A DNA stretch of 64,000 nt from Cyanobacteriota bacterium (GCA_046052125.1 JBJOMY010000005.1:96001-160000), one strand, 5' to 3'. Shown: positions 9,877 to 20,228, counted from the first letter of the stretch. Notes: a model not told the origin generated them from the sequence alone. Numbers and translations are program-made.

Positions 9877-10511
9877 AGGGGGTCGAGGCTGAGCAACGGG
9901 CGCAGCGGCGGCGGCGGCGGCGGGATCGGGCTGCGCAACCGCGGGAAAATCCACAGCGCTACGGCGTGCAGGGCCAGCACATAGATCAGGTTTTGCAGCA
10001 GCACCAGCGCAAAAGCCAGCAGCTGCACCTGGAACAGATCAGGACCGCCCCCCAGCTGCAGCAGGCCGCTGAGGCGCTCAAGCAGCTGGGCAGCGGCCGT
10101 GGTGATCACCACCCAGAGGTTTTCGCCGAGCAACAGCGAGAGCACCGCCACCCGCACCAGAAAGCCGGCAGCACCGATGAGCAGCCCCACGCTCCAACTC
10201 AGCCACCACGACAACCCGCGGCGCCAGCACCAGCCCAACCAAAGGGCGAGCAGGCCATAAGGGAAGAGCACCAGCGGCCCGCGAATCGGGCCCATCAGGG
10301 CCACCAGCAGCAAGGCCGTCACCGTGACGCCTTCCACGGCGCAACGGCCGTTGTGGCGCAGCTGCAAGAGGGCCAGGGGCAGGGGCAACGCCAGCCGGAA
10401 CAGGGCACCTCCCACAGGGAGGTAGTAGAGGCCCACCCAAAGCAGGGCCGTCGCCGCAGCCAAATAGGCGGTGTCGGTGAGCTGATGGGCCTGCCGGCGA
10501 CTGAGGCTCAT
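9873..10511 (-). CDS. DUF2232 family membrane protein
   Basis: Multi-TM; TAYLAA, LALPLPLALL, MGPIRGP pattern. Confidence 0.75.
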   Translation of the reverse strand: MSLSRRQAHQLTDTAYLAAATALLWVGLYYLPVGGALFRLALPLPLALLQLRHNGRCAVEGVTVTALLLVALMGPIRGPLVLFPYGLLALWLGWCWRRGLSWWLSWSVGLLIGAAGFLVRVAVLSLLLGENLWVVITTAAAQLLERLSGLLQLGGGPDLFQVQLLAFALVLLQNLIYVLALHAVALWIFPRLRSPIPPPPPPLRPLLSLDPL

Positions 10512-10930
10512 CGGGCCGGAGGTGCCGGGGAACGCACGGGCGCAGCGGGCTCCGCGTTGGCAGGCACGCGCTCGATCGTTTCCACCTCAAAGGCCACACC
10601 GGCTTCGCGCAGGGCGTCGGTCACGGCTTCAGCGGGGGACGACGGATCGGCGGCGGGCAGCTTGATCGTGACCCGGTAGGGCGCAGGGGTGAGCGGAGCC
10701 AAGGGGGCTGCCGTCTTTTTGCTGGGCTCAGGCTCGGGCTGATTGGCAGTGGGCTTGGCCGCTGGTTGCTTCTTGGCCTCTGCTGCCGGTTTGACCGCGT
10801 TGCTGGGCGCAGGAGCTCCCGCAGGGGGCTGGGAGAAGCTGCGGGAGAGCTGATCGCCAAAGGGGGTACCGCTGCAACCGGCCAAGCCGGCCGCCAGCAG
10901 CAGAGGGGCCAGCGGCCTCAGCACCCGCAT
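10508..10930 (-). CDS. Conserved hypothetical lipoprotein
   Basis: LAGC lipobox, Pro/Ala/Lys linker, C-terminal YRVTIKLPAADPSSPAEAVTDALREAGVAFEVETIE; overlaps both neighbours. Confidence 0.7.
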   Translation of the reverse strand: MRVLRPLAPLLLAAGLAGCSGTPFGDQLSRSFSQPPAGAPAPSNAVKPAAEAKKQPAAKPTANQPEPEPSKKTAAPLAPLTPAPYRVTIKLPAADPSSPAEAVTDALREAGVAFEVETIERVPANAEPAAPVRSPAPPAR

Positions 10931-13644
10931 CAGCTATCGGCGGCGCGGATCACGCGCACGGCACTGGCCCGCAGCCGACCGGTTTTGGTGGTGGCGGGGG
11001 CCTTCTTGGCCGCCGGTTTCTTGGCGGCTGGCTTCTTGGCTGCAGTGGTGCCTGCAGCCTTACGGCCCTTGCTCTTGCCCGCTGCAGCCTTGGCAGCCAG
11101 CAGCTCCACCGCCTGCTCCAGGGTGATCGTGTCGGCGGTGGTGCCCTCCGGCAGCGAGGCGTTCACCTTGCCCTGCTTCACATAGAGGCCGTAGGGGCCA
11201 TCGAACAACTGGATCGCCTCATCCGCACCCTCAGGGGTGCCGAGATCCTTGAGGGCCGTGCGACCGCCGCGGCCGCGCTTGGGCTGGGCGAGCAGCTCGA
11301 CAGCCCGCGACAAACCCACCATCAACACATCGTCTTCGGCCTTGAGGGAGCGGTAGTCCTTCTCGCCCTTGCCCTTGTGGTGCACCACGTAGGGCCCGAA
11401 GCGGCCCAGGCCGGCTTCGATCTTGCCGCCATCGGGGTGTTCGCCCAGGTGACGCGGCAGGCGCAGCAGGCCGAGGGCGTCGTCGAGGGTGAGGTCTTCC
11501 GGCTTGGTGCCCTTGGGCAGGGAGGCGCGCTTCGGCTTGGGGTTGTCATCGCTCACCTGGCCCCGCTGCACGTAGGGCCCGTACTGGCCGAACAGCAGAT
11601 ACACCAGATCACCGGTCTCCGGGTCTTCACCCAGAGATTCAGGCCCATCGGCCTTTTGCTTCAGGATCAGCTCGGCTTTATCGGCATCGAGATCGGCCGG
11701 GGTGATCTCGTTGGGCAAGGTGGCCTTGAGCAGCTCTTCGGTGCCGTCATCCGCCACCCGCTTGGTTTCCAGGTAGGCACCGAAGCGGCCGATGCGAACC
11801 ACACAGGGCAGGCCCTCCAGCTCGATCGTGCGCGAAGCGGTGGGGTCGATGTCGCCCTCGCGCTGCTGCACCTGGGCCTCGAGGCCCTTGTCGCCCTTGT
11901 AGAAGCTCTCCAGGTAGGGCAGCCACTGCACCTGCCCGTGGGAGATCTCATCGAGGGTGTTCTCCATGCGAGCGGTGAAGCTCGTATCCACCAGATCGGG
12001 GAAGTGCTCCTCCAGCAGCGCCGTCACGGCGAAGGCCGTGAAGCTGGGGGTGAGGGCGTTGTTCTGAAGCGTGGCGTAGCCGCGATCCACGATCGTGCCG
12101 ATGATCGAGGCGTAGGTGGAAGGGCGGCCGATGCCCTCCTTCTCCAGCATCTTCACCAGGGCCGCTTCGCTGTAGCGGGCTGGCGGCTGGGTCTGGTGGC
12201 CGAGCGCTTCCACCTCTTTGCAGCTGGGGGTATCGCCGGTTTTGAGCGAGGGCAGCAGCACCTCCTGGCCTTCCAGGGCGGCATCGGGGTCATCGCTGCC
12301 TTCCACGTAAGCGCGGAAGAAGCCGGGGAAGTCGATGCGCTTGCCGGTGGAGCGGAAGGCGGCGGTGCCGAGGCTGCCGCCATCGGCCTCCAGATCCACG
12401 CTGAGCATCGTGAGCTTGGCGTCGGCCATCTGGGAGGCCACGGTGCGCTTCCAGATCAGCTCGTAGAGGGCCAGATCGCGGCCATCCAGCCCCGTAGCAC
12501 CTGGGTCGCGGAAGCTTTCACCAGCGGGGCGAATCGCCTCGTGTGCCTCCTGGGCGTTGCGGGCTTTGGTGGAGAACTGGCGGGCCGAGGGGCTCAGATA
12601 CTCCTTGCCGTATTTGGCGGCCACGCAGCTGCGGGCGGCATTGATGGCCTGATCGCTGAGGTGCACCGAATCGGTGCGCATGTAGGTGATGAAGCCGCGC
12701 TCGTAGAGGCCCTGGGCGGTGCGCATCGTTTCCCGCGCTGAGAGCCGCAGCTTGCGGTTGGCCTCCTGTTGCAAAGTGCTGGTGGTGAAGGGCGCCACCG
12801 GCTTGCGGGTGGTGGGCTTCTCCTCCACGGCTGCCACGCGCCAGGGGGAAGCGAGCACCGCCTCGCGCAGGCTGCGCGCTTCGGCCTCCGCCAGCAGGCG
12901 CACCTTGCTGCCGGCCTTCAAGCCGCCGGTGGCCTCATCGAAATCGGAGCCACCGGCGATGCGCTCGCCCTTGAGGTGCGTGAGCTTGGCCTCAAACGGG
13001 GCGCTGCCCTGCTGCAGCTGAGCCTTGAGATCCCAGTAGCTGCCGCTCTTGAAGGCGCGCCGGGCCCGCTCGCGCTGCACCAGCAAGCGCACCGCCACCG
13101 ACTGCACCCGGCCGGCGCTGAGGCCCCAGGCCACCTTCTTCCACAGCAGCGGCGAGAGGGTGTAACCCACCAGGCGATCCAGGATGCGGCGGGTTTCCTG
13201 GGCGTGGACGAGCTCCATATCGAGCTCGCGGGTCTGCTCGAGGGCGCGTCCGATCGCTTCTTTGGTGATCTCGTGGAACACCATCCGCTTCACCGGCACC
13301 TTCGGATTCAGAAGCTGCAGCAGGTGCCAACTGATCGATTCGCCTTCCCGGTCTTCGTCCGTCGCCAGCAGCAGCTGGTCGGCGCCCTTGAGGGCGTCCT
13401 TAAGTTCCTTCACCACCTTTTTCTTGTCCTTCGGCACCACGTAGAGCGGCTCGAAGTTGTTGGCGGTGTTCACGCCGAGATTGGCCCACTTCTCACCTTT
13501 GTGAGCCGCTGGGATCTCGCTGGCGTTGTTGGGCAGGTCGCGCACGTGCCCCATCGAGGCCTCCACCTTGAAGTCCTTGGGAAGGAACCCGCGGATGGTG
13601 CGGGCCTTCGTGGGGCTCTCAACGATGACGAGGGTGTGCGCCAC
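10930..13644 (-). CDS. topA: DNA topoisomerase I (type IA)
   Basis: [36 protein letters not shown]-terminal GRFG/GPY repeats; GTG start at 13644. Confidence 0.98.
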   Translation of the reverse strand: MAHTLVIVESPTKARTIRGFLPKDFKVEASMGHVRDLPNNASEIPAAHKGEKWANLGVNTANNFEPLYVVPKDKKKVVKELKDALKGADQLLLATDEDREGESISWHLLQLLNPKVPVKRMVFHEITKEAIGRALEQTRELDMELVHAQETRRILDRLVGYTLSPLLWKKVAWGLSAGRVQSVAVRLLVQRERARRAFKSGSYWDLKAQLQQGSAPFEAKLTHLKGERIAGGSDFDEATGGLKAGSKVRLLAEAEARSLREAVLASPWRVAAVEEKPTTRKPVAPFTTSTLQQEANRKLRLSARETMRTAQGLYERGFITYMRTDSVHLSDQAINAARSCVAAKYGKEYLSPSARQFSTKARNAQEAHEAIRPAGESFRDPGATGLDGRDLALYELIWKRTVASQMADAKLTMLSVDLEADGGSLGTAAFRSTGKRIDFPGFFRAYVEGSDDPDAALEGQEVLLPSLKTGDTPSCKEVEALGHQTQPPARYSEAALVKMLEKEGIGRPSTYASIIGTIVDRGYATLQNNALTPSFTAFAVTALLEEHFPDLVDTSFTARMENTLDEISHGQVQWLPYLESFYKGDKGLEAQVQQREGDIDPTASRTIELEGLPCVVRIGRFGAYLETKRVADDGTEELLKATLPNEITPADLDADKAELILKQKADGPESLGEDPETGDLVYLLFGQYGPYVQRGQVSDDNPKPKRASLPKGTKPEDLTLDDALGLLRLPRHLGEHPDGGKIEAGLGRFGPYVVHHKGKGEKDYRSLKAEDDVLMVGLSRAVELLAQPKRGRGGRTALKDLGTPEGADEAIQLFDGPYGLYVKQGKVNASLPEGTTADTITLEQAVELLAAKAAAGKSKGRKAAGTTAAKKPAAKKPAAKKAPATTKTGRLRASAVRVIRAADS

Positions 13645-13763
13645 AGGCAGGCGGTAAACCGCTTCCTTCTTTATCGCACCGGCGGTCAAGCCCCGGCCCA
13701 ACGCCCCAGAACCAGCGGTCAACGCGGCTACAGTCCCCCCCAACGGGCGACCTGGATCCAGCT

Positions 13764-15335
13764 GTGCACTCTCTTCTGGCCGAGGCGGGCTCCGCAGCCG
13801 CACCTGCGGTGAGCGCGATCACGTCTCTGCAGCTCAATGCAGGAGCCGTGGCTCCCGAGGGCGCGGTGCTTCTGGCGATGCTGGCTTGCCTCCTGGTGGA
13901 TCTGGCCGGCGAAAAGGCCGCTTCCCGCTGGGTACCCCTCTTTTCGTACATCGGCCTCGGCAGCGCTCTGGGCCTTCTGGCACTGCAATGGAATGCCACG
14001 CCGCTCGAGCCCTCCTTCCTCGGCTCCTTCCTGGCGGACAACCTGGCGATTGCCTTCCGCGCTGTGGTGGCGGCGTCCACGTTGCTGTCGCTGCTGATCA
14101 GTTGGCGCTACGTGGAGCAGGCCGGCACGCCTGTGGGCGAGTACGCCGCGATCCTGCTGGCCGCCACCCTCGGGGCGATGTTGCTCTGTGGCTCCACCGA
14201 TCTGGTCAGCGTGTTCGTCTCGCTGGAAACGCTCTCGGTGGCGAGCTATCTGCTCTCTGGCTACATGAAGCGCGATGCGCGCAGCTCTGAGGCAGCACTG
14301 AAATACCTCCTAGTGGGCTCGGCCGCAGCGGCCGTCTTCCTCTACGGCGCCTCGCTGCTGTACGGCCTCACGGGCGGCAGCACCAGCCTCGAAGCCGTAG
14401 GCGTAGCTCTACAAACGAGTGCGTCCCCGGTTGCAGCGCTGGCACTGGTGTTTGTGTTGGCCACGGTGGCCTTCAAAATCGCCGCAGTGCCGTTCCACCA
14501 GTGGACTCCCGACGTCTACGAAGGCTCTCCCACTCCGGTGGTGGCCTTCCTCTCCGTGGGTTCCAAGGCTGCAGGCTTTGCCCTTGCCCTGCGCATCCTG
14601 GTGGGCTGCTTCGAGCCCTTCGAGACGCAGTGGAAGCTGCTCTTCACCGTGCTGGCGATCCTGAGCATGGTGCTGGGCAATATCGTAGCCCTGGCCCAGA
14701 CCTCCATGAAGCGGATGCTGGCCTACAGCTCCATCGGCCAGGCCGGCTTCGTGATGATCGGCCTGGTGTGCGGCACCGAAGACGGATACGCCGCAATGGT
14801 GCTCTATATGGCGGCCTATTTGTTCATGAACCTGGGCGCTTTTGCTTGCATCATTCTCTTCTCGCTGCGCACAGGTTCCGATCGCATCAGTGATTACGCC
14901 GGCCTCTATCAAAAAGATCCACTGATCACTCTGGGCTTGAGTCTTTGCCTCCTGTCCTTAGGCGGGATCCCACCAATGCTGGGCTTCTTCGGCAAGATCT
15001 ACCTCTTCTTCGCAGGCTGGGCTGATGGCCAATACCTGCTGGTGGTGGTGGGCCTGCTCACCTCTGTGGTGTCGATCTACTACTACATCTCGGTGATCAA
15101 GATGATGGTGGTGAAAGAACCTCAAGAAGCCTCTGATGTGGTGAAGGCCTATCCCGATGTGAACTGGAGCATTGCTGGTCTCCAGCCGCTCCGCGCTGCC
15201 TTGATCTCCTGCGTGGTGGTGACCGCCGTGGGCGGCATCCTCTCCAACCCGCTGTTTGGTTGGGCGAACGGCGCCGTCGCCGGAACGCCAATGCTTCAGA
15301 AGGCTCTGGCGGCTTCCGGCCTGCCGATCGGTTGA
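13764..15335 (+). CDS. ndhB: NAD(P)H-quinone oxidoreductase subunit 2 (NDH-1 NdhB)
   Basis: [41 protein letters not shown]. Confidence 0.97.
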   Translation: MHSLLAEAGSAAAPAVSAITSLQLNAGAVAPEGAVLLAMLACLLVDLAGEKAASRWVPLFSYIGLGSALGLLALQWNATPLEPSFLGSFLADNLAIAFRAVVAASTLLSLLISWRYVEQAGTPVGEYAAILLAATLGAMLLCGSTDLVSVFVSLETLSVASYLLSGYMKRDARSSEAALKYLLVGSAAAAVFLYGASLLYGLTGGSTSLEAVGVALQTSASPVAALALVFVLATVAFKIAAVPFHQWTPDVYEGSPTPVVAFLSVGSKAAGFALALRILVGCFEPFETQWKLLFTVLAILSMVLGNIVALAQTSMKRMLAYSSIGQAGFVMIGLVCGTEDGYAAMVLYMAAYLFMNLGAFACIILFSLRTGSDRISDYAGLYQKDPLITLGLSLCLLSLGGIPPMLGFFGKIYLFFAGWADGQYLLVVVGLLTSVVSIYYYISVIKMMVVKEPQEASDVVKAYPDVNWSIAGLQPLRAALISCVVVTAVGGILSNPLFGWANGAVAGTPMLQKALAASGLPIG

Positions 15336-16045
15336 TGGGCAACGCAACCGCCCCGTTGGTGGCGGAGCTGGATCACATCCGCAAGGTGTACGGCAGTGGC
15401 GACACCTCCGTCACCGCCCTCGACGACCTCTGCCTGAACGTGCGGCGCGGTGAGTACCTGGCGGTGATGGGCACCTCCGGCTCCGGAAAGAGCACGGCGA
15501 TGAACATCCTCGGCTGCTTGGACCGGCCGAGCAGCGGCAGTTACCGCCTCAATGGCACGCCTGTGGAGCGGCTGAGCGACGACCAACTCGCCGACCTGCG
15601 CAACCGCGAACTTGGCTTTGTCTTTCAGCAGTTCCATCTGTTGCAGGAGCTCACAGCTCTCGACAACGTGATGCTGCCGATGGTGTACGCCGGCGTGCCA
15701 GCCGAGCAGCGCAAGGAACTGGGCATCGCCGCCCTACAGCGGGTGGGCCTAGGAGAACGGCTGCACAACAAACCCAACCAACTCTCCGGCGGCCAACAGC
15801 AACGCGTAGCGGTGGCCCGGGCAATCATCAACAACCCCAATCTGCTGCTGGCGGATGAACCCACCGGCGCGTTGGATTCACGCACCACCAAGGAGGTGCT
15901 GGATCTCTTCGATGAACTGCACCGCGAGCAGGGCATGACGATCCTGCTGGTGACCCATGAGCACGATGTGGCAGCCCGGGCCGAGCGGATCGTGCACTTC
16001 CACGATGGCCGGCTGGTGAACAGCGGCGCCGGATCGCAGGGTTAG
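15335..16045 (+). CDS. ABC transporter ATP-binding protein (LolD/MacB-like)
   Basis: Walker A GTSGSGKST, LSGGQQQRVAVAR, LLADEPTGALD. Confidence 0.93.
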   Translation: MGNATAPLVAELDHIRKVYGSGDTSVTALDDLCLNVRRGEYLAVMGTSGSGKSTAMNILGCLDRPSSGSYRLNGTPVERLSDDQLADLRNRELGFVFQQFHLLQELTALDNVMLPMVYAGVPAEQRKELGIAALQRVGLGERLHNKPNQLSGGQQQRVAVARAIINNPNLLLADEPTGALDSRTTKEVLDLFDELHREQGMTILLVTHEHDVAARAERIVHFHDGRLVNSGAGSQG

Positions 16046-17109
16046 GCCTTCACCGCCGGACGCTCGAGGCTGAGCAGCAACTGGCCCATCAGCAGTGCGA
16101 TCGCATCGCTCCCCTGCAAGCCCTGGCCGGGATCGAAATCACCCGGATCAATCGCCACCCAGCCACCCGCCGCCGGCTGGCGCAACTCGAAATGCAGATG
16201 GGGGCCCGTGCTCAAGCCCGTGCTGCCCACCCGGCCAATCACCTCACCTTGGCGCACCACATCGCCGGCTTTCACATACAGCTCTGAGAGGTGGCCGTAG
16301 AGGCTGCGGCGCAAGGGGCGCTGGTGCTCCACCTCCACCGCCAGGCCGTAGCCGCCCGCCAAGCCACTGCTCACAACGCGCCCACTCAAGGCCGCCACCA
16401 CCGGCGTGCCTTCCGGCGCCGCCAAGTCTTCGCCGGCATGCAATCGCCAGGCCCCCAGCAGCGGATGCAAGCGCCAGCCGAAACCACTGGTGTTCACAGC
16501 GCTGCCAATGATTGGGAGCAGCAAGCTGCGGTTGCCGTTGCCCAGCACCGGTGCCGGCCGTGGCGTGACCCGGAACACGCTGGCGAGATTGAAGCTGCCA
16601 CCGTTGCCTGCCAACAACGCCGACACCGGCACGGTGAGCGGCGGCAGCGGCAGGCCATCAGCACCCACGCGGCCGCCCCAGGCGGTGTTGCCGTTGCCAT
16701 CGTTGCGGCGACCCCAGCGCAGGGCAATGCCACCGCGGCATTCCCTCGCGGAGAGGGCCCCACCGCGGCAAGCCTGCTGGAAGGCCCCCACATCCAGGGG
16801 CGCCATCCCAGCGCCTGCGCCCCGCACAAGATTGCGCTCGTTAGGCGTCACCACGCCCTGGCGCACCAGCTCATCGAGGGATTGATCGAAGCGCTTGGGG
16901 GTCGTGGCCGCACTCCGCAAGCGCGCCGGATCAGGGCGGAGCGGCAGCGCCGACCTTCCTGGTGGAGGCAACAACGGAGCCACCGGTGCCGCTGTTGCCT
17001 CAGGCTGCGAGGCCTCCAACTGGGCCCAGGCCCAGCCACCGCCGAAGAGCGCCGGCAGGGCAACCAACAGGCTCAGGGGTTGGAGGCGGGGCAACGCAGA
17101 GCGATTCAA
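16042..17109 (-). CDS. M23 family metallopeptidase
   Basis: HAGEDLAA, YGHLS, GSTGLSTGPHLHFE motifs; N-terminal signal-like segment. Confidence 0.9.
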   Translation of the reverse strand: MNRSALPRLQPLSLLVALPALFGGGWAWAQLEASQPEATAAPVAPLLPPPGRSALPLRPDPARLRSAATTPKRFDQSLDELVRQGVVTPNERNLVRGAGAGMAPLDVGAFQQACRGGALSARECRGGIALRWGRRNDGNGNTAWGGRVGADGLPLPPLTVPVSALLAGNGGSFNLASVFRVTPRPAPVLGNGNRSLLLPIIGSAVNTSGFGWRLHPLLGAWRLHAGEDLAAPEGTPVVAALSGRVVSSGLAGGYGLAVEVEHQRPLRRSLYGHLSELYVKAGDVVRQGEVIGRVGSTGLSTGPHLHFELRQPAAGGWVAIDPGDFDPGQGLQGSDAIALLMGQLLLSLERPAVKA

Positions 17110-17208
17110 ATCGGCTCAAACTCTAGAAACGCCTCTGCAGCACAGCCAGCCTCGATCCGAGGCAGAGCCCAGGCGGCTGCCTGTTGCCAGCCACGCGATG
17201 ATCAGAGC

Positions 17209-17538
17209 ATGACCATCACGCCTTCACCATTGGTGACCCAGGAGGCTCTCCAGGCTTTCACCAACAGGCTTGTGCAGCACTATTCACCAAACAAGGTGAT
17301 TCTGTTTGGCTCGATGGCCCGCGGCGAAGCTCGGTGGGATTCCGATGCGGATCTGATGGTCGTGATGCCGTTTGAAGGGCGACATATCAGCAAGATCAAA
17401 GAGATCCGCAAGCGTTGTCGAGCAGGATTCCCCCTGGATCTGCTGCTATGGCGACCGGAAGAGGCAGCCGAGCGCTACCGGCAAGGTGACCCATTCCTAC
17501 TGGAGGCATTCGATCAAGGCAAAATCCTGCATGGCTGA
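17209..17538 (+). CDS. Minimal nucleotidyltransferase (MNT), putative antitoxin
   Basis: 109 aa; VILFGSMARGEARWDSDADL (GS-x10-DxD) plus a later PLDLL aspartate; forms the tail of the ORF-track call 16291..17538. Confidence 0.88.
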   Translation: MTITPSPLVTQEALQAFTNRLVQHYSPNKVILFGSMARGEARWDSDADLMVVMPFEGRHISKIKEIRKRCRAGFPLDLLLWRPEEAAERYRQGDPFLLEAFDQGKILHG

Positions 17539-17926
17539 ACCATCCGCTCTGGCAAGGCAATGGGTGCAGAAAGCAGAGGAAGACTGGGAAGCAGCGCAGC
17601 TGCTACTCGGTCACCCAACGCAGGCGGCCTCGACATGTTTCCACTGTCAACAATGCGCCGAAAAACTCCTGAAGGCTGCGCTCATAGAAACAGGCTACAA
17701 AGTCCCCAAGGTTCATGATTTAAGCCTTCTATCCTCACTTCTGAGCAATCAAGATCCCCAGTGGGTGTGGGACAGCGATGTTCTGGAAGATTTAACGTCA
17801 GGGGCCGTAGCCAGTCGCTATCCGGGTTATGCCATCAACAGCGAGGATGCTGCCGAGGCGGTTGTTCAAGCAGCAGCACTTAGACAGGCCTTGTTGAAAC
17901 GATTAGGAATCCTCACGACCCCCTGA
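17531..17926 (+). CDS. HEPN domain-containing protein
   Basis: 131 aa; W..KAEEDWEAA, CFHCQQCAEKLLKA, PKVHDL, SRYPG; 8-nt overlap with MNT. Confidence 0.88.
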   Translation: MAEPSALARQWVQKAEEDWEAAQLLLGHPTQAASTCFHCQQCAEKLLKAALIETGYKVPKVHDLSLLSSLLSNQDPQWVWDSDVLEDLTSGAVASRYPGYAINSEDAAEAVVQAAALRQALLKRLGILTTP

Positions 17927-17940
17927 GAGCCACTGAAGCC

Positions 17941-18714
17941 TTAGCACTCAAAACGCCGTCTCATCACGCTCACGACTGAACCGCGCCCGAGGCGCAACCC
18001 TCCATCAATCGTCAAGCCCGTCACGCTCCAGCGCTCGCCCGCATGCTCAAACCACTCAGGGCGCCAAAGCCGCTTCTCTGCCTGCCGGCGTACCAATTCG
18101 GATTGCTGAGCTGCAGCAGCGGTCCACTCCAGCCCCCGCAAGAGCCGCGCTGCCAAGCGTTCCGGCTGAGCCTGGAGATGAAGCGAATTCCCCCGAAGCT
18201 CAGAAAGAGCTTGTTTGAGACTGATGGCCCCATCCGGCACTCTGTTCACGCCGTTAATGCCGACCCCGAGCTGGGCATAGCGCACCTGAGCACCGCGCCA
18301 GCGAAGACGCGGCAAAATGCCAGCCAGCTTGCGGCCATCGATCAACAGATCATTGGGCCACTTGATCTGGGGCTGCAGCCCTAGATCCTCAAGCTGCAAG
18401 GCAATGCCAACCGCTGCGGCCAGGGCCAGGGCAGCAGCCCCCTCCGGCTCGGCAGGCCAGGGCAGTGCCGCGCTCAGCCACACCCCACCCGGTGGCGACT
18501 GCCACAGCCTCCCCTGCTGGCCATGGCCATGGCGCTGCTGAGCAGCCAACACCGCCACTGGGGGCATGTCACCAGAGCGCAGCCTGCGCTCCAGCTCCAG
18601 CTCCGTGCTGGCGCACACCGGCAAGACGTTCAACCGCCAAGGCAGGGGCTGATCGCCAGGCAACCGGCGCAGGGTTGCAGCAATCCGCGCTGGCTTCAGA
18701 GCGCGCTCAACCAC
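17941..18714 (-). CDS. birA: Biotin--[acetyl-CoA-carboxylase] ligase
   Basis: QQRHGHGQQGRLWQSPPGG, IKWPNDL, RKLAGIL; no N-terminal HTH. Confidence 0.93.
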   Translation of the reverse strand: MVERALKPARIAATLRRLPGDQPLPWRLNVLPVCASTELELERRLRSGDMPPVAVLAAQQRHGHGQQGRLWQSPPGGVWLSAALPWPAEPEGAAALALAAAVGIALQLEDLGLQPQIKWPNDLLIDGRKLAGILPRLRWRGAQVRYAQLGVGINGVNRVPDGAISLKQALSELRGNSLHLQAQPERLAARLLRGLEWTAAAAQQSELVRRQAEKRLWRPEWFEHAGERWSVTGLTIDGGLRLGRGSVVSVMRRRFEC

Positions 18715-19889
18715 GCCGCCATCCGCTGGGCACCAGCCTCCAGCTGCTCGATCGGATGCACCAGGGCCAGCCGCGCATAACCCTCACCCGCCGATCCAAA
18801 GCCATTGCCTGGGGTGAGGCAGACCCCGGTGGCTTCCAGCAGGCGGGCACAGAAGCTCTCTGAATCCAGACCGGCAGCACGGGCCCGCTCAGGCAGCTCC
18901 AGCCACAGATACAGCGCCATCGAGGGAATCCGTACCGGCCAACCGGCTGCCTGAAGCACCTGGGCCATCCGATCGCGCCGCTCCCGGTAGATCGGCTTGA
19001 TCCGCTCCGGCCAATCGGGCGCCTGCTCCAGGGCAGCGATCGCTCCAGCCTGCAGCGCCGTGGACTGGTTGAAATCCACCACTCCCTTGAGCTGCCGCAG
19101 CGCCGTGATTAGGGGCTCGGCACCGATGGCAAAGGCCAGGCGATACCCCCCCAAACACCAGCCCTTGGAGAAGGAGAACAATTCGATGCCGCACTGCCGC
19201 CACAGCGGTGAACGCAGCAGGGCCGGCGCGTCTCCATCGAGGGCCAGGTCCACATAGGGGTTGTCGTGGGCAAACACAATGCCGTGGCGCACGGCCCGCT
19301 CCGCGGCCGCATCCACCCAGGCCTGCTCACCGGTGGTGGCCGTGGGGTTATGGGGGAAACCCAGCACCATCAGCTTCAAGGCATCCCATTGATTGGCGCT
19401 GAGCTGATCGAAATCGGGCGCAAAACCGGCCGCGGGATCCAGTTTCAGAAACTGCGGCTGGGCAGAGGCGAGGCGCAGCCCCCCCAGGTGCGAGGGGTAA
19501 AAGGGATCGAGCAACAGCGCCTGATCGCCGGGGTTCAACACCGCCAGAGGCAGATGAGCCGTGCCCTCCTGCGATCCCACCAGGAACAACACCTCCCTCT
19601 CGGGATCAACGGCGACACCAAAGCGACGCTGCGCCCAAGCCGCCACAGCCTCCCGGAACGGCTGGGTGGCGCCATGCAGGCAGTAGGCAGCGCTTTCTGG
19701 GCGCCCCAACTGTTCACGCATCGCTGCAATCGCCTGCTCCGGCGGGAGCAGATCGGTGGATCCGAGCGAGAGATCGAGCAGCGGTGGCAAACCAAGGCCC
19801 GCCGCAGAGGCGCGATACGACTGTTTGCGTTGGTCGTTGCGGGCGAAAACGCCGCTGCCTAAACGCTGAACGCGCTCAGAGATGCGCAT
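18696..19889 (-). CDS. PLP-dependent aminotransferase class I/II (LL-DAP aminotransferase-like)
   Basis: GSQEGTAHL, FPHNPT, HDNPY, FSFSKGWCLGGYR. Confidence 0.88.
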   Translation of the reverse strand: MRISERVQRLGSGVFARNDQRKQSYRASAAGLGLPPLLDLSLGSTDLLPPEQAIAAMREQLGRPESAAYCLHGATQPFREAVAAWAQRRFGVAVDPEREVLFLVGSQEGTAHLPLAVLNPGDQALLLDPFYPSHLGGLRLASAQPQFLKLDPAAGFAPDFDQLSANQWDALKLMVLGFPHNPTATTGEQAWVDAAAERAVRHGIVFAHDNPYVDLALDGDAPALLRSPLWRQCGIELFSFSKGWCLGGYRLAFAIGAEPLITALRQLKGVVDFNQSTALQAGAIAALEQAPDWPERIKPIYRERRDRMAQVLQAAGWPVRIPSMALYLWLELPERARAAGLDSESFCARLLEATGVCLTPGNGFGSAGEGYARLALVHPIEQLEAGAQRMAAWLSAL

Positions 19890-20196
19890 CCAGGAAGGCC
19901 TTGAGTTGGGGCTGGGCCATGGCTCCTTCGTGGCGGGCCACCTCCTCGCCGTTCTTGAAGATCAGAAGGGTGGGCAGGCCCTGGATCCCCATCTGATCGC
20001 GAGCCGTTGGGTTGGGGTCGGCTTCAAGCTTGCCCACCGCAAGCCGACCGGCGTACTCACCGGCAGCCCACTCCATCATTGGCGCCATCAGGCGGCAGGG
20101 GCCGCACCACTCGGCCCACACATCCACCAGCACCGGCGTGGTGGCATCCAGCACCTCGGCCTGGAAGTTGGCATCGGTGAGGTGCAGAACAGACAC
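19876..20196 (-). CDS. Thioredoxin
   Basis: WAEWCGPC active site; IQGLPTLLIFKNG. Confidence 0.95.
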   Translation of the reverse strand: MSVLHLTDANFQAEVLDATTPVLVDVWAEWCGPCRLMAPMMEWAAGEYAGRLAVGKLEADPNPTARDQMGIQGLPTLLIFKNGEEVARHEGAMAQPQLKAFLDAHL

Positions 20197-20228
20197 GGCG
20201 GCGGGCTTGGCTGCGGCGATTGTATGGA

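Noticed and set aside
9901..9925. (GGC)n trinucleotide run
   Set aside because: Encodes the poly-Pro tail of the DUF2232 protein; in-frame, with no sign of phase variation.
7526..9984. Long plus-strand ORFs (421 aa and 484 aa) opposite the SBP and cobT genes
   Set aside because: Antisense shadow ORFs typical of high-GC DNA; low-complexity Q/R/A/G content and no motifs. The same applies to others such as 11377..12741, 30506..31843, 33237..34577, 36949..38397 and 59328..60734.
16291..17538. 415-aa ORF suggesting a large MNT fusion protein
   Set aside because: The first ~300 aa are antisense to the M23 gene; only the last 109 aa from ATG 17209 look like a real protein.
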